Shown one piece after another: positions 54,889 to 64,000 of a stretch of DNA of 64,000 nt. A program made the translations under genes and the position numbers. The notes beneath the pieces are model-generated. The model had not been told where the DNA came from. It saw only the letters and a program-made list of their open reading frames with translations, and did not search any database. Source of the DNA: an uncultured delta proteobacterium (GTDB taxonomy: Bacteria > Desulfobacterota > Syntrophia > Syntrophales > Smithellaceae); NCBI GenBank assembly GCA_963851005.1, contig CAWKNI010000002.1:76253-140252 (forward strand), given 5' to 3'. The stretch's first letter is position 1, and every line of letters begins with the position of its first letter.

Positions 54889-54916
54889 ACAGACAGATAG
54901 ACAGACAGACAGACAG
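54889..54916. repeat. Tetranucleotide microsatellite (ACAG)n, 7 units with one ATAG variant
   Basis: Read directly: ACAG ACAG ATAG ACAG ACAG ACAG ACAG. Confidence 0.9.
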
Positions 54917-55109
54917 ATTTAAACTTTTCAAAACTTTTTATATTAATACATCAATCATAAAACCCATGTGTCTTTAGCGGATGCATGGGTTGCTTTTTAT
55001 TGGCGAAGGGATAGGGTGACAATAAAAAATTACATAAATCATAGTCTGGGTCACGCGATGTTCGGACTACATCTGAAAAAAGAAACCTTGCCTGAAGATA
55101 GGCGAGAAA

Positions 55110-56663
55110 CTACCGCCAGCCAAAATCAATATTCATATCACTCGGCGCCTCCAGTTCAATATTATTCTGAATAGTTTTTTTCTGTCCTGCGGGCACATCC
55201 AGAAGCCAGACAAATTTGGCGTGGTCTTTTTCCGCCGGTTCCGGATTCTGCCGGAAATTCAGTTTTATCCTTTTATCACGCGCTTGAGGCACCGGCTCTT
55301 CAATACGTAGCTTAATATCGGCATTGCCGGAATTTTTTGCCTCAATAAGCCATTGCCAGCTTCTGGTTTGTTTATCCTGAAAAATAGTTTTCTCGCCGGA
55401 CTGATTAGATATCGTCGAAGAGGTGACGGAAATCAGCGGACTTATTCCGAAGAAAAGCTCTTCCTCGAAACCAGCAAAAGAAAATTCGCGTTTGCCCAAT
55501 ATGGCTCCATCAATAACGAAGATCGCCTGCCCGGGAGGTATATCGGCGGGCCGTTCCAATTTAACCTTGGCGCGAACAAAAGCCTGCGGATTAATAACGG
55601 GACGCGCCAGAAAAAGAAATTCAGCAGGCCAGGATTCATCTTTGATTTTCAGACGCTGACGGGTACCGGCCTGGATATTCTTTTTGCCCAGTGACCAGGC
55701 GGAATAAGTAGTGTTTTGTGTTTCCGCGGGAGCGGCGCCCAGAGCTTCATCATCTGATGTCGCGTCTTTCTCCATTAACGGTACGGCGGCATTATTTTTG
55801 CTTCGTGATGCTTTATAAATCTTAAGGGGTTTAATAACCCATTCCGGTAATGCGGGAGGAGCAATATTTATTAACGGTTGGAGAGTGGCTAAATTTAACT
55901 GCACCTGTTTCCAATCTTCACCGGAGGATTGCCATATTTCCACTTCCCAGGAAAAAGAAACGCTTTTATCGGCGGGCAAAGCCTCAATGCGATAAAGAGG
56001 AAGCCAGCCGCAACCGGCGAGAAAGTAGGTGTAGGAAAAAAAGATTTCATTCTGGCCGGAGTCGGATGTTGTTAAAGTTATTTCCCACGCGGTTTCTTTA
56101 CGGCCTGCGGCCTGGTTTAATTCTTCCTGAAGTTTCTTGATGTTTTTTTCGATTTTCTCCAACTGAATATCGGCGGCGAATTTATCCTGATAAGATTTCC
56201 GGACATTTTTTCCGATGGCGTCGGCTAATTTAGAGGAATCGGCGACATTTTTTGTTTTTGCTTTTGTTTGCGCCTGCCAGAATTGAAGCTGTGCATCAAG
56301 GGCCTGCAACTTTGACTGCGTCTCCCTTTTTTCTCCTTCCAGTCCGGATATCTGCTTGCGCAATTCTGCGATTTTGGACTCATCTTTAACCTGAATTGGT
56401 TTTGTCTGCACGTCTTCTATTTTTGCGTGGCTCTGCGGCGGAAGTGAAACAACAAGCGATTCCGGATCAGCCTGTGAGGGCAGAGTAATAACAGAAAGGC
56501 ACTTTCCTTTATCACATTGAGGATTAATTTTTGCCGTTTCCGATACTTTCGCGGAATTAGGAAAGAGAGTGACTTCCTTGACTGCCGCCGTGGAGCTTAA
56601 AGGGAATAGCAATATTAAAGCAATAATCAACATGCTGTGAATGTAGCATTTGTAAGCTTTCAT
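55110..56663 (-). CDS. DUF4139 (MuiA-like) exported protein
   Basis: Signal peptide, then an N-terminal DUF4140-like VTLFPNSAKVSE, a coiled-coil segment, and a long beta-rich C-terminus. Confidence 0.65.
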   Translation of the reverse strand: MKAYKCYIHSMLIIALILLFPLSSTAAVKEVTLFPNSAKVSETAKINPQCDKGKCLSVITLPSQADPESLVVSLPPQSHAKIEDVQTKPIQVKDESKIAELRKQISGLEGEKRETQSKLQALDAQLQFWQAQTKAKTKNVADSSKLADAIGKNVRKSYQDKFAADIQLEKIEKNIKKLQEELNQAAGRKETAWEITLTTSDSGQNEIFFSYTYFLAGCGWLPLYRIEALPADKSVSFSWEVEIWQSSGEDWKQVQLNLATLQPLINIAPPALPEWVIKPLKIYKASRSKNNAAVPLMEKDATSDDEALGAAPAETQNTTYSAWSLGKKNIQAGTRQRLKIKDESWPAEFLFLARPVINPQAFVRAKVKLERPADIPPGQAIFVIDGAILGKREFSFAGFEEELFFGISPLISVTSSTISNQSGEKTIFQDKQTRSWQWLIEAKNSGNADIKLRIEEPVPQARDKRIKLNFRQNPEPAEKDHAKFVWLLDVPAGQKKTIQNNIELEAPSDMNIDFGWR

Positions 56664-56677
56664 GAATTTTGTCTCCT

Positions 56678-58003
56678 TTATTTTCGCAGGCTATTTTTTA
56701 CCTTTACGGCAATTTCTCTTACCTTCTGCATCACTTCCTCTTCATTGATAGTCAGCAGTTGGCGGTTTTCCATGACAACCTTGCCGTTGATTAAAACAGT
56801 ATCAACGTCAGCGCCGCTCATCGCGTAAACAAGATGCGAATATTCATTATAAAGCGGCGTCAAATGGGGCTCGTTCAGGCCAATGATGATAATATCGGCT
56901 TTTTTGCCAACCTCCAGAGAACCGGTTATCTTTTCCATGCCGAGAGCTTTCGCGCCTTCGATAGTCGCCATGCGCACGACAGTTTGCGCGTCCATAACCG
57001 TAGGATCAAGTCGGGCGACTTTGTGGAGCTTAGCGGCCGTGGACATCTCTTTTATCACATCCAGATTATTATTGCTGGCGCAGCCATCGGTTCCCAAGCC
57101 AACGGTAATTCCGGCCTTGAGCATTTCCGGCACGGGAGCTACACCGCTAGCCAGTTTCATATTGCTGGCCGGATTGTGAGAAACTTTACAGCCGTTATCG
57201 GCAAACAATTTAATATCTTCTTCTGACATACAAACGCAGTGAAACGCGATAAGATGTTCGTCAAGATAACCTATGTCTTTGAGAAAAGAGACAGCGCCTT
57301 TCCCTAACTTTTCTTCAAGCTGTTTCTTCTCGGCAGCATTTTCCAGAAGATGCAGTCCTATAGGCAGATGATAATTTTCGGCAAGTTCTTTTACCTCTGT
57401 AAGAAGGGGAGTGGAGCAGGTGTAAAGCGCGTGCGGCTCAATAATTATATTGACCAGTGGATCGTTTTTCCATTTTTCGATAAGCATCTTTGTGTAGTCA
57501 ATGCCTTCCCCGACAGTTTTGAAGTTGGGCGAGGGAAAATCAAAAAGAACTTCGCCGATGAGACAGCGCATGCCGGCGTCTTTTGCCGCGCGCGCGGTTT
57601 CATCTTCAAATATATACATATCGCAAAAAGTTGTGATGCCGGACTTGATCATTTCGGCGGCGGCAAGAAGCGATCCCCAGTAGGCAAGCTCTTTGTTCAC
57701 ATTCCTGGCTTCGGCGGGGAAAATGTAATTATTGAGCCAGTCCATCAGTTCCAGATCATCAGCAATGCCGCGGAAGCACGTCATTGCCGCATGCGTATGA
57801 CAATTGACAAAGCCGGGCATAATCAGAGAGTCTTTGGCAATTATATTTTTTTTAGCGCGATATTGTTTTTCTATGTTCTCAGTATAACCAACAGCAATTA
57901 TATCGCCCGTATTGATCACTACAGAAGCGTGATCAATACACGTATTTTCAGAATCTAGTAAAAGTGCTTTTCCGCCACTGATGATGAGATCAATTTCCTG
58001 CAT
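56678..58003 (-). CDS. mtaD: 5-methylthioadenosine/S-adenosylhomocysteine deaminase-type amidohydrolase
   Basis: PGFVNCHTHAAMTCFRGIADDLELMDWL, HLLE, GTDGCASNN. Confidence 0.8.
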   Translation of the reverse strand: MQEIDLIISGGKALLLDSENTCIDHASVVINTGDIIAVGYTENIEKQYRAKKNIIAKDSLIMPGFVNCHTHAAMTCFRGIADDLELMDWLNNYIFPAEARNVNKELAYWGSLLAAAEMIKSGITTFCDMYIFEDETARAAKDAGMRCLIGEVLFDFPSPNFKTVGEGIDYTKMLIEKWKNDPLVNIIIEPHALYTCSTPLLTEVKELAENYHLPIGLHLLENAAEKKQLEEKLGKGAVSFLKDIGYLDEHLIAFHCVCMSEEDIKLFADNGCKVSHNPASNMKLASGVAPVPEMLKAGITVGLGTDGCASNNNLDVIKEMSTAAKLHKVARLDPTVMDAQTVVRMATIEGAKALGMEKITGSLEVGKKADIIIIGLNEPHLTPLYNEYSHLVYAMSGADVDTVLINGKVVMENRQLLTINEEEVMQKVREIAVKVKNSLRK

Positions 58004-58162
58004 ATAGAAAACCTTTCCGAACAGGGCTTTTGTTTATCATATAAGTTAGCAAATCTTCAAGAAACAAAAAAACTTGTACAAAAAGTTAATTAGTAAGACC
58101 TTGACAGTACAATGCAAAAATAATATAAGCGCAAAACGTTTCTAATACCTGAAGATTCGTAT

Positions 58163-58250
58163 GCCTGGGTGGCGGAATTGGTAGACGCAAGGGACTTAAA
58201 ATCCCTCGGTCCTTGAGGCTGTGCGGGTTCAATTCCCGCCCCAGGCACCA
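58163..58250 (+). tRNA. tRNA-Leu (anticodon TAA), CCA encoded, long variable arm
   Basis: Folded by hand: acceptor GCCTGGG/CCCAGGC, anticodon arm AGGGA-CTTAAAA-TCCCT, T arm GCGGG-TTCAATT-CCCGC. Confidence 0.9.
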
Positions 58251-58341
58251 ATAAATACCTGAGATATCAATTACTTACCTTTTTTACCTTGCAACTTTTT
58301 TTGGCACTGCGTCTATATAAAGTTCCCGCGAATCATCATCG

Positions 58342-58560
58342 TCAATATGTGAAGTAACGATCAAACGCTTTGTTGGTTTTGTGACCAGACCCTTTCTTTT
58401 TTATTTCTTCCGGTGAATATTTTTTCCGCAGAGCTGTTATGGTGCTGTGCTTTGTTCCACCGTAAAGGTCAACACCTTCAATCCCTAAATTAGCGCAAGC
58501 TTTTTTCCACCAATTGTAAAGAATGTTTTTGCTAATAGGTAGAAATGTTTTATTGATTAT
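58342..58560 (-). pseudogene. C-terminal fragment of a tyrosine recombinase/phage integrase
   Basis: The minus-strand frame, open only from a TAA at 58561-58563, reads ...NWWKKACANLGIEGVDLYGGTKHSTITALRKKYSPEEIKKKGSGHKTNKAFDRYFTY*. It has box I/II-like motifs with the terminal catalytic Tyr context but no start codon and no N-terminal domains. Confidence 0.55.
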
Positions 58561-58710
58561 TTATTGGTATAAGTAAACTCAACAAGCGTTTATTCCCACA
58601 CTCAATGAAGCTGGTATTTCTCTCTTTTAAAATAAATAAATTATGATATTATGTATTCAATTAATCGGAAAGAGCATTAGTAAACATAAACACAAAAGGG
58701 AGTTATTACA

Positions 58711-58926
58711 ATGTATATTAGTGATTTAGATAAAGTTCTTGCCCTGAGCAAGAAACTTACTCAGCAAGAAGAGTTATTAAACAAGATACATAATGGAGAA
58801 ATATCCCAGGAAGAATTTGATATCAGCAACAGAAGGCTAGAAGAAGAAATAGCTGATGAAAAAAAACACCTTATAGAGAGTTGGACTAAGGGAACTAATC
58901 TATCAAAGGATGAAGGTGAATTATAG
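58711..58926 (+). CDS. Hypothetical small coiled-coil protein
   Basis: 71-aa ORF with a GGGAG RBS 8 nt upstream. No recognisable motif. Confidence 0.35.
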   Translation: MYISDLDKVLALSKKLTQQEELLNKIHNGEISQEEFDISNRRLEEEIADEKKHLIESWTKGTNLSKDEGEL

Positions 58927-58968
58927 TAATGGGGGAAAGTAACGCGGCTGTTGATTGAAGCCAGTGTT

Positions 58969-59093
58969 ATACCAATGCTAAATCAAAGCGCTATTTTTGT
59001 TGTCGTCGTTGTCGGCTTCCTCAACGTATGTACAATACGCCTCGTCGCCTCCACCTAGCCGCCTCAATATCATCTTTGATTTAGAAATGGTAT
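58969..59093. repeat. 125-bp palindromic intergenic repeat, second near-identical copy
   Basis: Aligns end to end with 44637-44761 with only a handful of substitutions. It abuts the stop codon of the GGDEF gene. Confidence 0.85.
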
Positions 59094-59938
59094 TAGTTCG
59101 TGCAAGTTGCGTATTTGATATCATTCTTGTTGCCACGTTTTACTGAGTACATCAAATTATCGACCATTTTAACTACTTCTTCTGCTACGTACGGCACATC
59201 AATGCACGTCAATACACCAATGCTAAGTGTCACCCGCCAGTTGTTTTGCTGCATTCCCGCTAAAATATCGCATTGAAGTTTAGGAATGACTATTTGTGCG
59301 GATTCCTGATTTGTTTCTGGCAAGAGCAACGCAAATTCGTCGCCGCCAAGCCTTGCAATTACATCTGTTTTCCGTAAATGCTTTTTAACTTGATTAACCA
59401 CAAAACGGAGAACTTGGTCACCTATGTTATGTCCAAAGTCGTCATTCAAGGTCTTGAAGTTGTCAAGATCAATATAGGCTATAGTAAACTGATTTTTATT
59501 TCTCTGGGAGCGGTTAATTTCCGTCTGCAGCAAATCATAGAAGACACGTGAATTCATGGCACCTGTCAAATAGTCTGTGCTCGCTAATTCTTTTTCGTGT
59601 TCCAGTGAGCTTCTTATTAATGACAACAGATACGTGACTATAACAAAAAAACCTAATATAATGATGGTGTTCCAAGCATAGATGAGAGGATGCGAATACG
59701 AAGCCCCTGCCGCCACATCCGAAATAAACCAAACTATGGCGCTGACAACAGACATCATCATTCCAAGTCGTCGATTCGTAAGCCAAGTGACTAGAGAAAT
59801 AGGAATCAAGTAGAACAGCGAAAATGCTATTTCATAACCTGTAAGGTAGTCGATGATGCCTACTATACCGAGGAGCACAAATCCTATTGCTATTACAAAG
59901 AATTTGTTAAGTTTTTCAAAGCTAGCTAAAAAGTTCAA
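59093..59938 (-). CDS. Membrane-anchored GGDEF diguanylate cyclase
   Basis: About 4 N-terminal TM helices, then DYLTGAMNSR, the RSQR I-site-like sequence, and ARLGGDEFALLL. TTG start. Confidence 0.85.
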   Translation of the reverse strand: MNFLASFEKLNKFFVIAIGFVLLGIVGIIDYLTGYEIAFSLFYLIPISLVTWLTNRRLGMMMSVVSAIVWFISDVAAGASYSHPLIYAWNTIIILGFFVIVTYLLSLIRSSLEHEKELASTDYLTGAMNSRVFYDLLQTEINRSQRNKNQFTIAYIDLDNFKTLNDDFGHNIGDQVLRFVVNQVKKHLRKTDVIARLGGDEFALLLPETNQESAQIVIPKLQCDILAGMQQNNWRVTLSIGVLTCIDVPYVAEEVVKMVDNLMYSVKRGNKNDIKYATCTN

Positions 59939-60459
59939 GGTTCACCTTTATTTGTATTTATCAATAGAATTTAAATGCTCCTGATCTGCCCCGGTTACTT
60001 GTACCATATGTTAGATTAAAGTTCAGCCATTTTTTGATTCCGATTGAAACCCCCATGCCGACTTGTCGGCACAAATATGAATATAAATTTATATGGGAAA
60101 GGATTGTATGAATTGGAAAATAAGAAAAACAACCTCACAGGAAGAAAAAAATTCGATTCCCGAAACAGTAGAAATATTTCTTTCACCAACCTAAGTCTTA
60201 ACCTGTTTTGGCCGGCAAGATCGAAGATTACCGCACAATATATATTTTGTGGCCAAAATTTAATTGACTTACAGTATCGGACTTCCTATACTTTCTCCCA
60301 CAAAAAGAATTTTCTCATCAAAAAATGGATTAATCTTTAATTTTATAAACTATAAATAGAAGGAAGGGAAACCACATTAGAGATGCGTAAGGATGTGATT
60401 AAGACCGTAATTGTTGTGTTCATTGCCAAAACATTGAAGGAAATCAGCCTCTAAATCCA

Positions 60460-61809
60460 ATGGCTATGCAAACCGATGAATACAAACAAATAGATAGCGA
60501 TATTATTGTTATTGGCGGCGGGGCAGCGGGACTTATGGCTGCAGGAAGAGCCGCCCAACTCGGCGCAAGGGTTTTGCTTTTGGAAAAAACCGATAGCTGC
60601 GGGAAAAAAATTCTGATCAGTGGCAAGACACGCTGCAATTTAACCAATTCGGCGGAATTGAAGGATTTTATTTCCATGTATGGGAATAACGGCCGTTTTC
60701 TTTTCAGCGCTTTTCATAATTTTTTCCGTCCGGAGTTGCTTGATTTTTTGAATAATCATGGCCTTGCCACCAAGGTGGAGCGCGGCGGAAGAATTTTTCC
60801 TGTTTCCGATGACGCTCATGATGTTGTGAGCGTTTTTAAAAAATATCTTGCCGCAAATAAAGTGCAGATAAAACTGAATACCAAAGTAACTGAAATCGTC
60901 ATAAAAGATAATACGGTTTGCGGCGTTAAAACATCAGAAGGAAATTATCGCTCTACCGCGGTGATTTTGGCGACGGGCGGCGCCACCTGGCCATCTACCG
61001 GTTCTACCGGAGACGGTTATAAAATCAGCGCCGCGCTCGGACATAAAATAGTAAAACTCAAACCGGCATTAGTGCCGTTGATTGTAAAAGAACAGAAACT
61101 TGCTCAATCCATGCAGGGTGTGAGTCTGCGCAATGTCCGCGCCACGTCCTTTCAGGGTGAAGCGGCCTTGATTGATTCCACAATCACGCCTGATTGCAAC
61201 TATGGAAGAGGAGAAAAAAAGTCGCCACGACCTCCGTTAATCGAAAGCCGTTTCGGAGAAATGCTGTTCACTCATTTCGGATTGGGCGGTCCGATTATTT
61301 TGTTGATGAGCCTGGCCGTTGTTGAAGCTCTTGAGAAAGGGCCGGTCTCCGTATTGATTGATTTAAAACCGGCGTTAATCAGACAACAACTCCATAAGCG
61401 CCTGCAACGGGATATGGATAAATCGAGCAAAAAAAAGATCAGCAGCATTATGAAAGAATACCTGCCGGCCAAGATGATCGAACCATTGATAGGACTTACA
61501 GGAATTGACAAAGAAAAACTGGCACACCAGATCACCGCAAACGAAAGAGAAAAAATTGTAGATTTATTCAAAGCTCTTCGTTTTAATATTAAATCAACTT
61601 TGCCTCTGGAAAAGGCAATAGTAACGGCGGGTGGTGTTTCACTGGATGAAATTGATCAGCGCACCATGGCTTCCAAACTAATCAGAGGATTGTATTTCTG
61701 CGGCGAGGTTATGGATATTGATGCCGATACCGGCGGTTATAATTTGCAGGCTGCCTTTTCCACCGGATACCTGGCGGGTGAAAAAGCCGCCGAATATGTA
61801 AACAAGTAA
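60460..61809 (+). CDS. HI0933/BaiN-family FAD-dependent oxidoreductase
   Basis: IIVIGGGAAGLMAAG..LLLEK....GKKILISGKTRCNLTN and C-terminal GLYFCGEVMDIDADTGGYNLQAAFSTG. Confidence 0.8.
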   Translation: MAMQTDEYKQIDSDIIVIGGGAAGLMAAGRAAQLGARVLLLEKTDSCGKKILISGKTRCNLTNSAELKDFISMYGNNGRFLFSAFHNFFRPELLDFLNNHGLATKVERGGRIFPVSDDAHDVVSVFKKYLAANKVQIKLNTKVTEIVIKDNTVCGVKTSEGNYRSTAVILATGGATWPSTGSTGDGYKISAALGHKIVKLKPALVPLIVKEQKLAQSMQGVSLRNVRATSFQGEAALIDSTITPDCNYGRGEKKSPRPPLIESRFGEMLFTHFGLGGPIILLMSLAVVEALEKGPVSVLIDLKPALIRQQLHKRLQRDMDKSSKKKISSIMKEYLPAKMIEPLIGLTGIDKEKLAHQITANEREKIVDLFKALRFNIKSTLPLEKAIVTAGGVSLDEIDQRTMASKLIRGLYFCGEVMDIDADTGGYNLQAAFSTGYLAGEKAAEYVNK

Positions 61810-61918
61810 GAGATAACATAAAATTTATACCACGTTTATGGAATCTGCCGCCTGATAGGCATCAATTCCCGGCAAGGTAAAGGCTGTTTTTGTTGCGCTC
61901 CTTTCAGTCATGCCCCCA

Positions 61919-62094
61919 GTCAAAGGATAACGAGGCGGCAGTGAAACTCGAATGACAGTTACGCAGTAAAGTGAAATTCGTTAGTTGTAATGAGATTCAA
62001 AATTCAGGAGCAACGTAAACTGAATTTTGTAAATCGAATTGAGGAAGCCGACAACAACGCCAACAAAAATAGCGCTTTGATTTAGAATTGGTAT
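61919..62094. repeat. Rearranged/expanded copy of the palindromic repeat family (reverse orientation)
   Basis: 62041-62094 is the reverse complement of the left arm of the 44637 copy (1 mismatch). 61920-61939 resembles the other arm (TCAAAGG-ATAACGAGGCGGC). The core is replaced by a different hairpin, CAAAATTCAG..CTGAATTTTG. Confidence 0.6.
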
Positions 62095-62214
62095 TATACC
62101 CTCCTTTCCCAAAGGAGGGTTAGGGAGGATTTTTTAATGTTGAGAAAGCCGACGACCCCGGCCTGCGCCGCGGCAGGCTGTGCCAACAAAGTTAGCCGAA
62201 GAAAAAACGTGATA

Positions 62215-62565
62215 TTATAATTCAGGGGCAACTGATGGTACAAGGCAGGCCAGAATTAATTGCCCTTTACCTGTATTTCTAACCTGATGTTCTTCATCGG
62301 GCGGCATGAAAATAACATTGCCCGGCTCGATCTGATTCCACTTGCCGTTGCCGTAAATCTCCCCAACACCTGAGTGAATAAACATTTCATGTTCCCAGGG
62401 ATGAGCGTGTTTCGGCGTATAACCACCCGGCGCAATCTCAAAAATCCGCATACAAAAATTATTCGCGCCGTCAGCCTTGCCCGCCACCACGCGACCCGCA
62501 ACTCCCTTGGCTGCATCACTGTTAAAATGGGTAGGCGTTACAGATGTATAATTTATTAACTTCAT
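62215..62565 (-). CDS. Cupin domain protein
   Basis: GGYTPKHAHPWEHEMFIHSG and GNVIFMPPDEEHQVRN cupin motifs. Confidence 0.8.
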   Translation of the reverse strand: MKLINYTSVTPTHFNSDAAKGVAGRVVAGKADGANNFCMRIFEIAPGGYTPKHAHPWEHEMFIHSGVGEIYGNGKWNQIEPGNVIFMPPDEEHQVRNTGKGQLILACLVPSVAPEL

Positions 62566-62579
62566 AATGAACTCCTGTT

Positions 62580-63938
62580 TTAACTAGTTATAGATACAAA
62601 TATTTCGCTCAATGTCGGATGCGGTATCACCCAATTACGCAATTGCTTTTTGGTTAACTCATTGGATACAGCCAGAGCAAGAGGCGCGATCAAATCCGCG
62701 GCTTCTTCACCGACAATCGTTGCTCCAATAATTTTTTCATCATGTAAAATAGTTTTGACAAAACCATGTCCCATCAATTCAGCGCGGGCGATAATGTTGG
62801 CGCTGTATGAAGATTTAACAACTTCGACGGAAAGGCCTTCATCCCCCGCCCGCTTCTGCGTGTAGCCGACACGCGCTATTTGCGGATGGCTGTATACAAC
62901 AGAAGGTATGAAATTTTCGTTATAAATAAAATTGCTGTCTCCACAGATATGTCCAGCCGCGATTTTCGCCTGCTGTGCTGCCCGGTGCGCCAGCATCATG
63001 CCGCCGGTGACATCGCCCACCGCGTAAATACCGGCAACATTTGTCATCATGTTTTTATCTGTCTTGATTCCGGCTTTTGTATATTCAATGCCCAGCTTTT
63101 CTAATTCTTCCGCATTCAACAAAGGTTTTCTGCCTGTGCAAAGAAGGGCATAATCGGCGCTTACATCCAGTTGTTTGCCATTTTTTTTGGCTAACATTAC
63201 AACGTCACTGCCTGTGTCTTTCATGCTCTCTAGTTTCGTTGAAGTGTTAACAGCAACGCCCGTACGGGTCAATTCCTGACTCAGCATTTCAGCGCATTCC
63301 TGATCCTCAACAGGAATTATTGTGTCCAGAATTTCAATTATGGTTACTTTCACGCCCAGTTCGGCAAAGAAAGTGGCGAATTCCACGCCGATTACACTGC
63401 CGCCGACAATTATAATGCTTGATGGAAGTGAATTTAAATTCAGGATACCATCCGACGTCAAAACACGATCGGAGAGATTTATTCCCGGAAGCATTTGCGG
63501 CACAGAGCCCCAGGCAATGATGATATTTTGAGCAAAATAATTTTCACTTTTCCCTGATGAATCGGTAAAACGAACTTCCTGAGGAGAAACGATTTCGCCA
63601 ATACCCTGTTTAGTTTTCACCCCTGCTTCAGCAAGAACTTTTTGCGCGCCGAGAGCGGAAACTTTCACTATCTGCTGCTGATGTTTTTTGATCGCGGAAA
63701 AATCGACGGATGCTTCCGCTATATTAATTCCCATCCTTTTAAGTTTTTTCAAATCAGCATAATACTTGCTGCAACTAAGTAGCGCTTTGGTTGGAATACA
63801 ACCTCGGTGAGTGCAGGTGCCGCCCCAACCGTCTTTTTCGATAATGAGGACTCTTTTTTTCTTTGCTGCGGAAATCTCAGCCGCCGCCAGTCCTCCCGGC
63901 CCTCCGCCGATAATAATCAAATCATATTTTTCTGACAT
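62580..63938 (-). CDS. Dihydrolipoyl dehydrogenase-like pyridine nucleotide-disulfide oxidoreductase
   Basis: IIIGGGPGG, redox-active GGTCTHRGCIPTK, a second GGSVIGVEFA fold, and a C-terminal HPTLSE dimerisation motif. Start at ATG 63938. Confidence 0.85.
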   Translation of the reverse strand: MSEKYDLIIIGGGPGGLAAAEISAAKKKRVLIIEKDGWGGTCTHRGCIPTKALLSCSKYYADLKKLKRMGINIAEASVDFSAIKKHQQQIVKVSALGAQKVLAEAGVKTKQGIGEIVSPQEVRFTDSSGKSENYFAQNIIIAWGSVPQMLPGINLSDRVLTSDGILNLNSLPSSIIIVGGSVIGVEFATFFAELGVKVTIIEILDTIIPVEDQECAEMLSQELTRTGVAVNTSTKLESMKDTGSDVVMLAKKNGKQLDVSADYALLCTGRKPLLNAEELEKLGIEYTKAGIKTDKNMMTNVAGIYAVGDVTGGMMLAHRAAQQAKIAAGHICGDSNFIYNENFIPSVVYSHPQIARVGYTQKRAGDEGLSVEVVKSSYSANIIARAELMGHGFVKTILHDEKIIGATIVGEEAADLIAPLALAVSNELTKKQLRNWVIPHPTLSEIFVSITS

Positions 63939-64000
63939 CCATGCACCTCTTATTTTTCGCAACTTCCAGCTAGATTGCCACGTCGCGCAAAGCGCTCCTC

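Noticed and set aside
60152-60162. TTCGATTCCCG as a possible attR copy of the tRNA-Leu T-arm (TTCAATTCCCG).
   Set aside because: The match is only 10 of 11 nt and does not extend into the acceptor-stem sequence. It is too short to distinguish from chance.
60044-60340. 98-aa ORF in the AT-rich gap before the BaiN-like gene, and the 68-aa ORF at 54968-55174.
   Set aside because: Both have low-complexity Lys/Asn-rich translations, non-ATG or weak starts and no RBS. The second overlaps the 3' end of the DUF4139 gene.
62098-62135. Hairpin ACCCTCCTT-TCCC-AAGGAGGGT as a terminator.
   Set aside because: The T-run starts about 10 nt after the stem, and the nearest plus-strand gene ends 290 nt upstream. 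This more likely belongs to the mosaic repeat region.

Overview
This is a 64-kb chromosomal window from what looks like an anaerobic Gram-negative bacterium. The gene content (GlyQ/GlyS, class-1B PyrD/PyrK, AmmeMemoRadiSam A/B, a thiolase+DUF35 beta-oxidation module, GAF-GspE ATPases) suggests a Desulfobacterota-like uncultured lineage, but that taxon call is inference only. Most of the window is syntenic housekeeping: acyl-CoA metabolism at 1-6.2 kb, then ispB-like, an AsmA/DUF748 giant protein and an acyl-CoA carboxyltransferase. These are followed by rimO, ftsK, plsC, hldE-like, yicC-gmk-rpoZ-pyrF-rlmB, pilC, glyQS, PTS-Man EIIA/B/C, rimI, pyrK-pyrD, mtaD and two tRNAs. No rRNA, CRISPR array or intact transposase or integrase was seen.

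The standout is a sharply AT-rich ~5.5-kb island (about 12.4-17.9 kb) bounded by inverted REP-like hairpins. It carries one translationally coupled four-gene operon: a ParB/Srx-fold protein, an SNF2 ATPase, a DUF3883 (PD-(D/E)xK) protein and a beta-class DNA methyltransferase. I read this as a restriction-modification-like defence system that I cannot match to any named system from memory.

Other notable observations:
- Two tandem GAF-GspE/PilB-type ATPase genes share a 5' 1.19 kb that is base-identical wherever I compared it, while their ATPase halves have diverged.
- One ORF apparently fuses a cysteine synthase to a divergent cysteinyl-tRNA synthetase.
- A 125-bp palindromic intergenic repeat family is present.
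- A hairpin family of the form GTCAT-[stem-loop]-ATCCAG shows compensatory stem changes.
- An acyl-CoA dehydrogenase pair has the MCAD-type catalytic Glu in only one member.
- An integrase fragment lies next to tRNA-Leu.

All family assignments come from motifs read by eye; no database search was possible.
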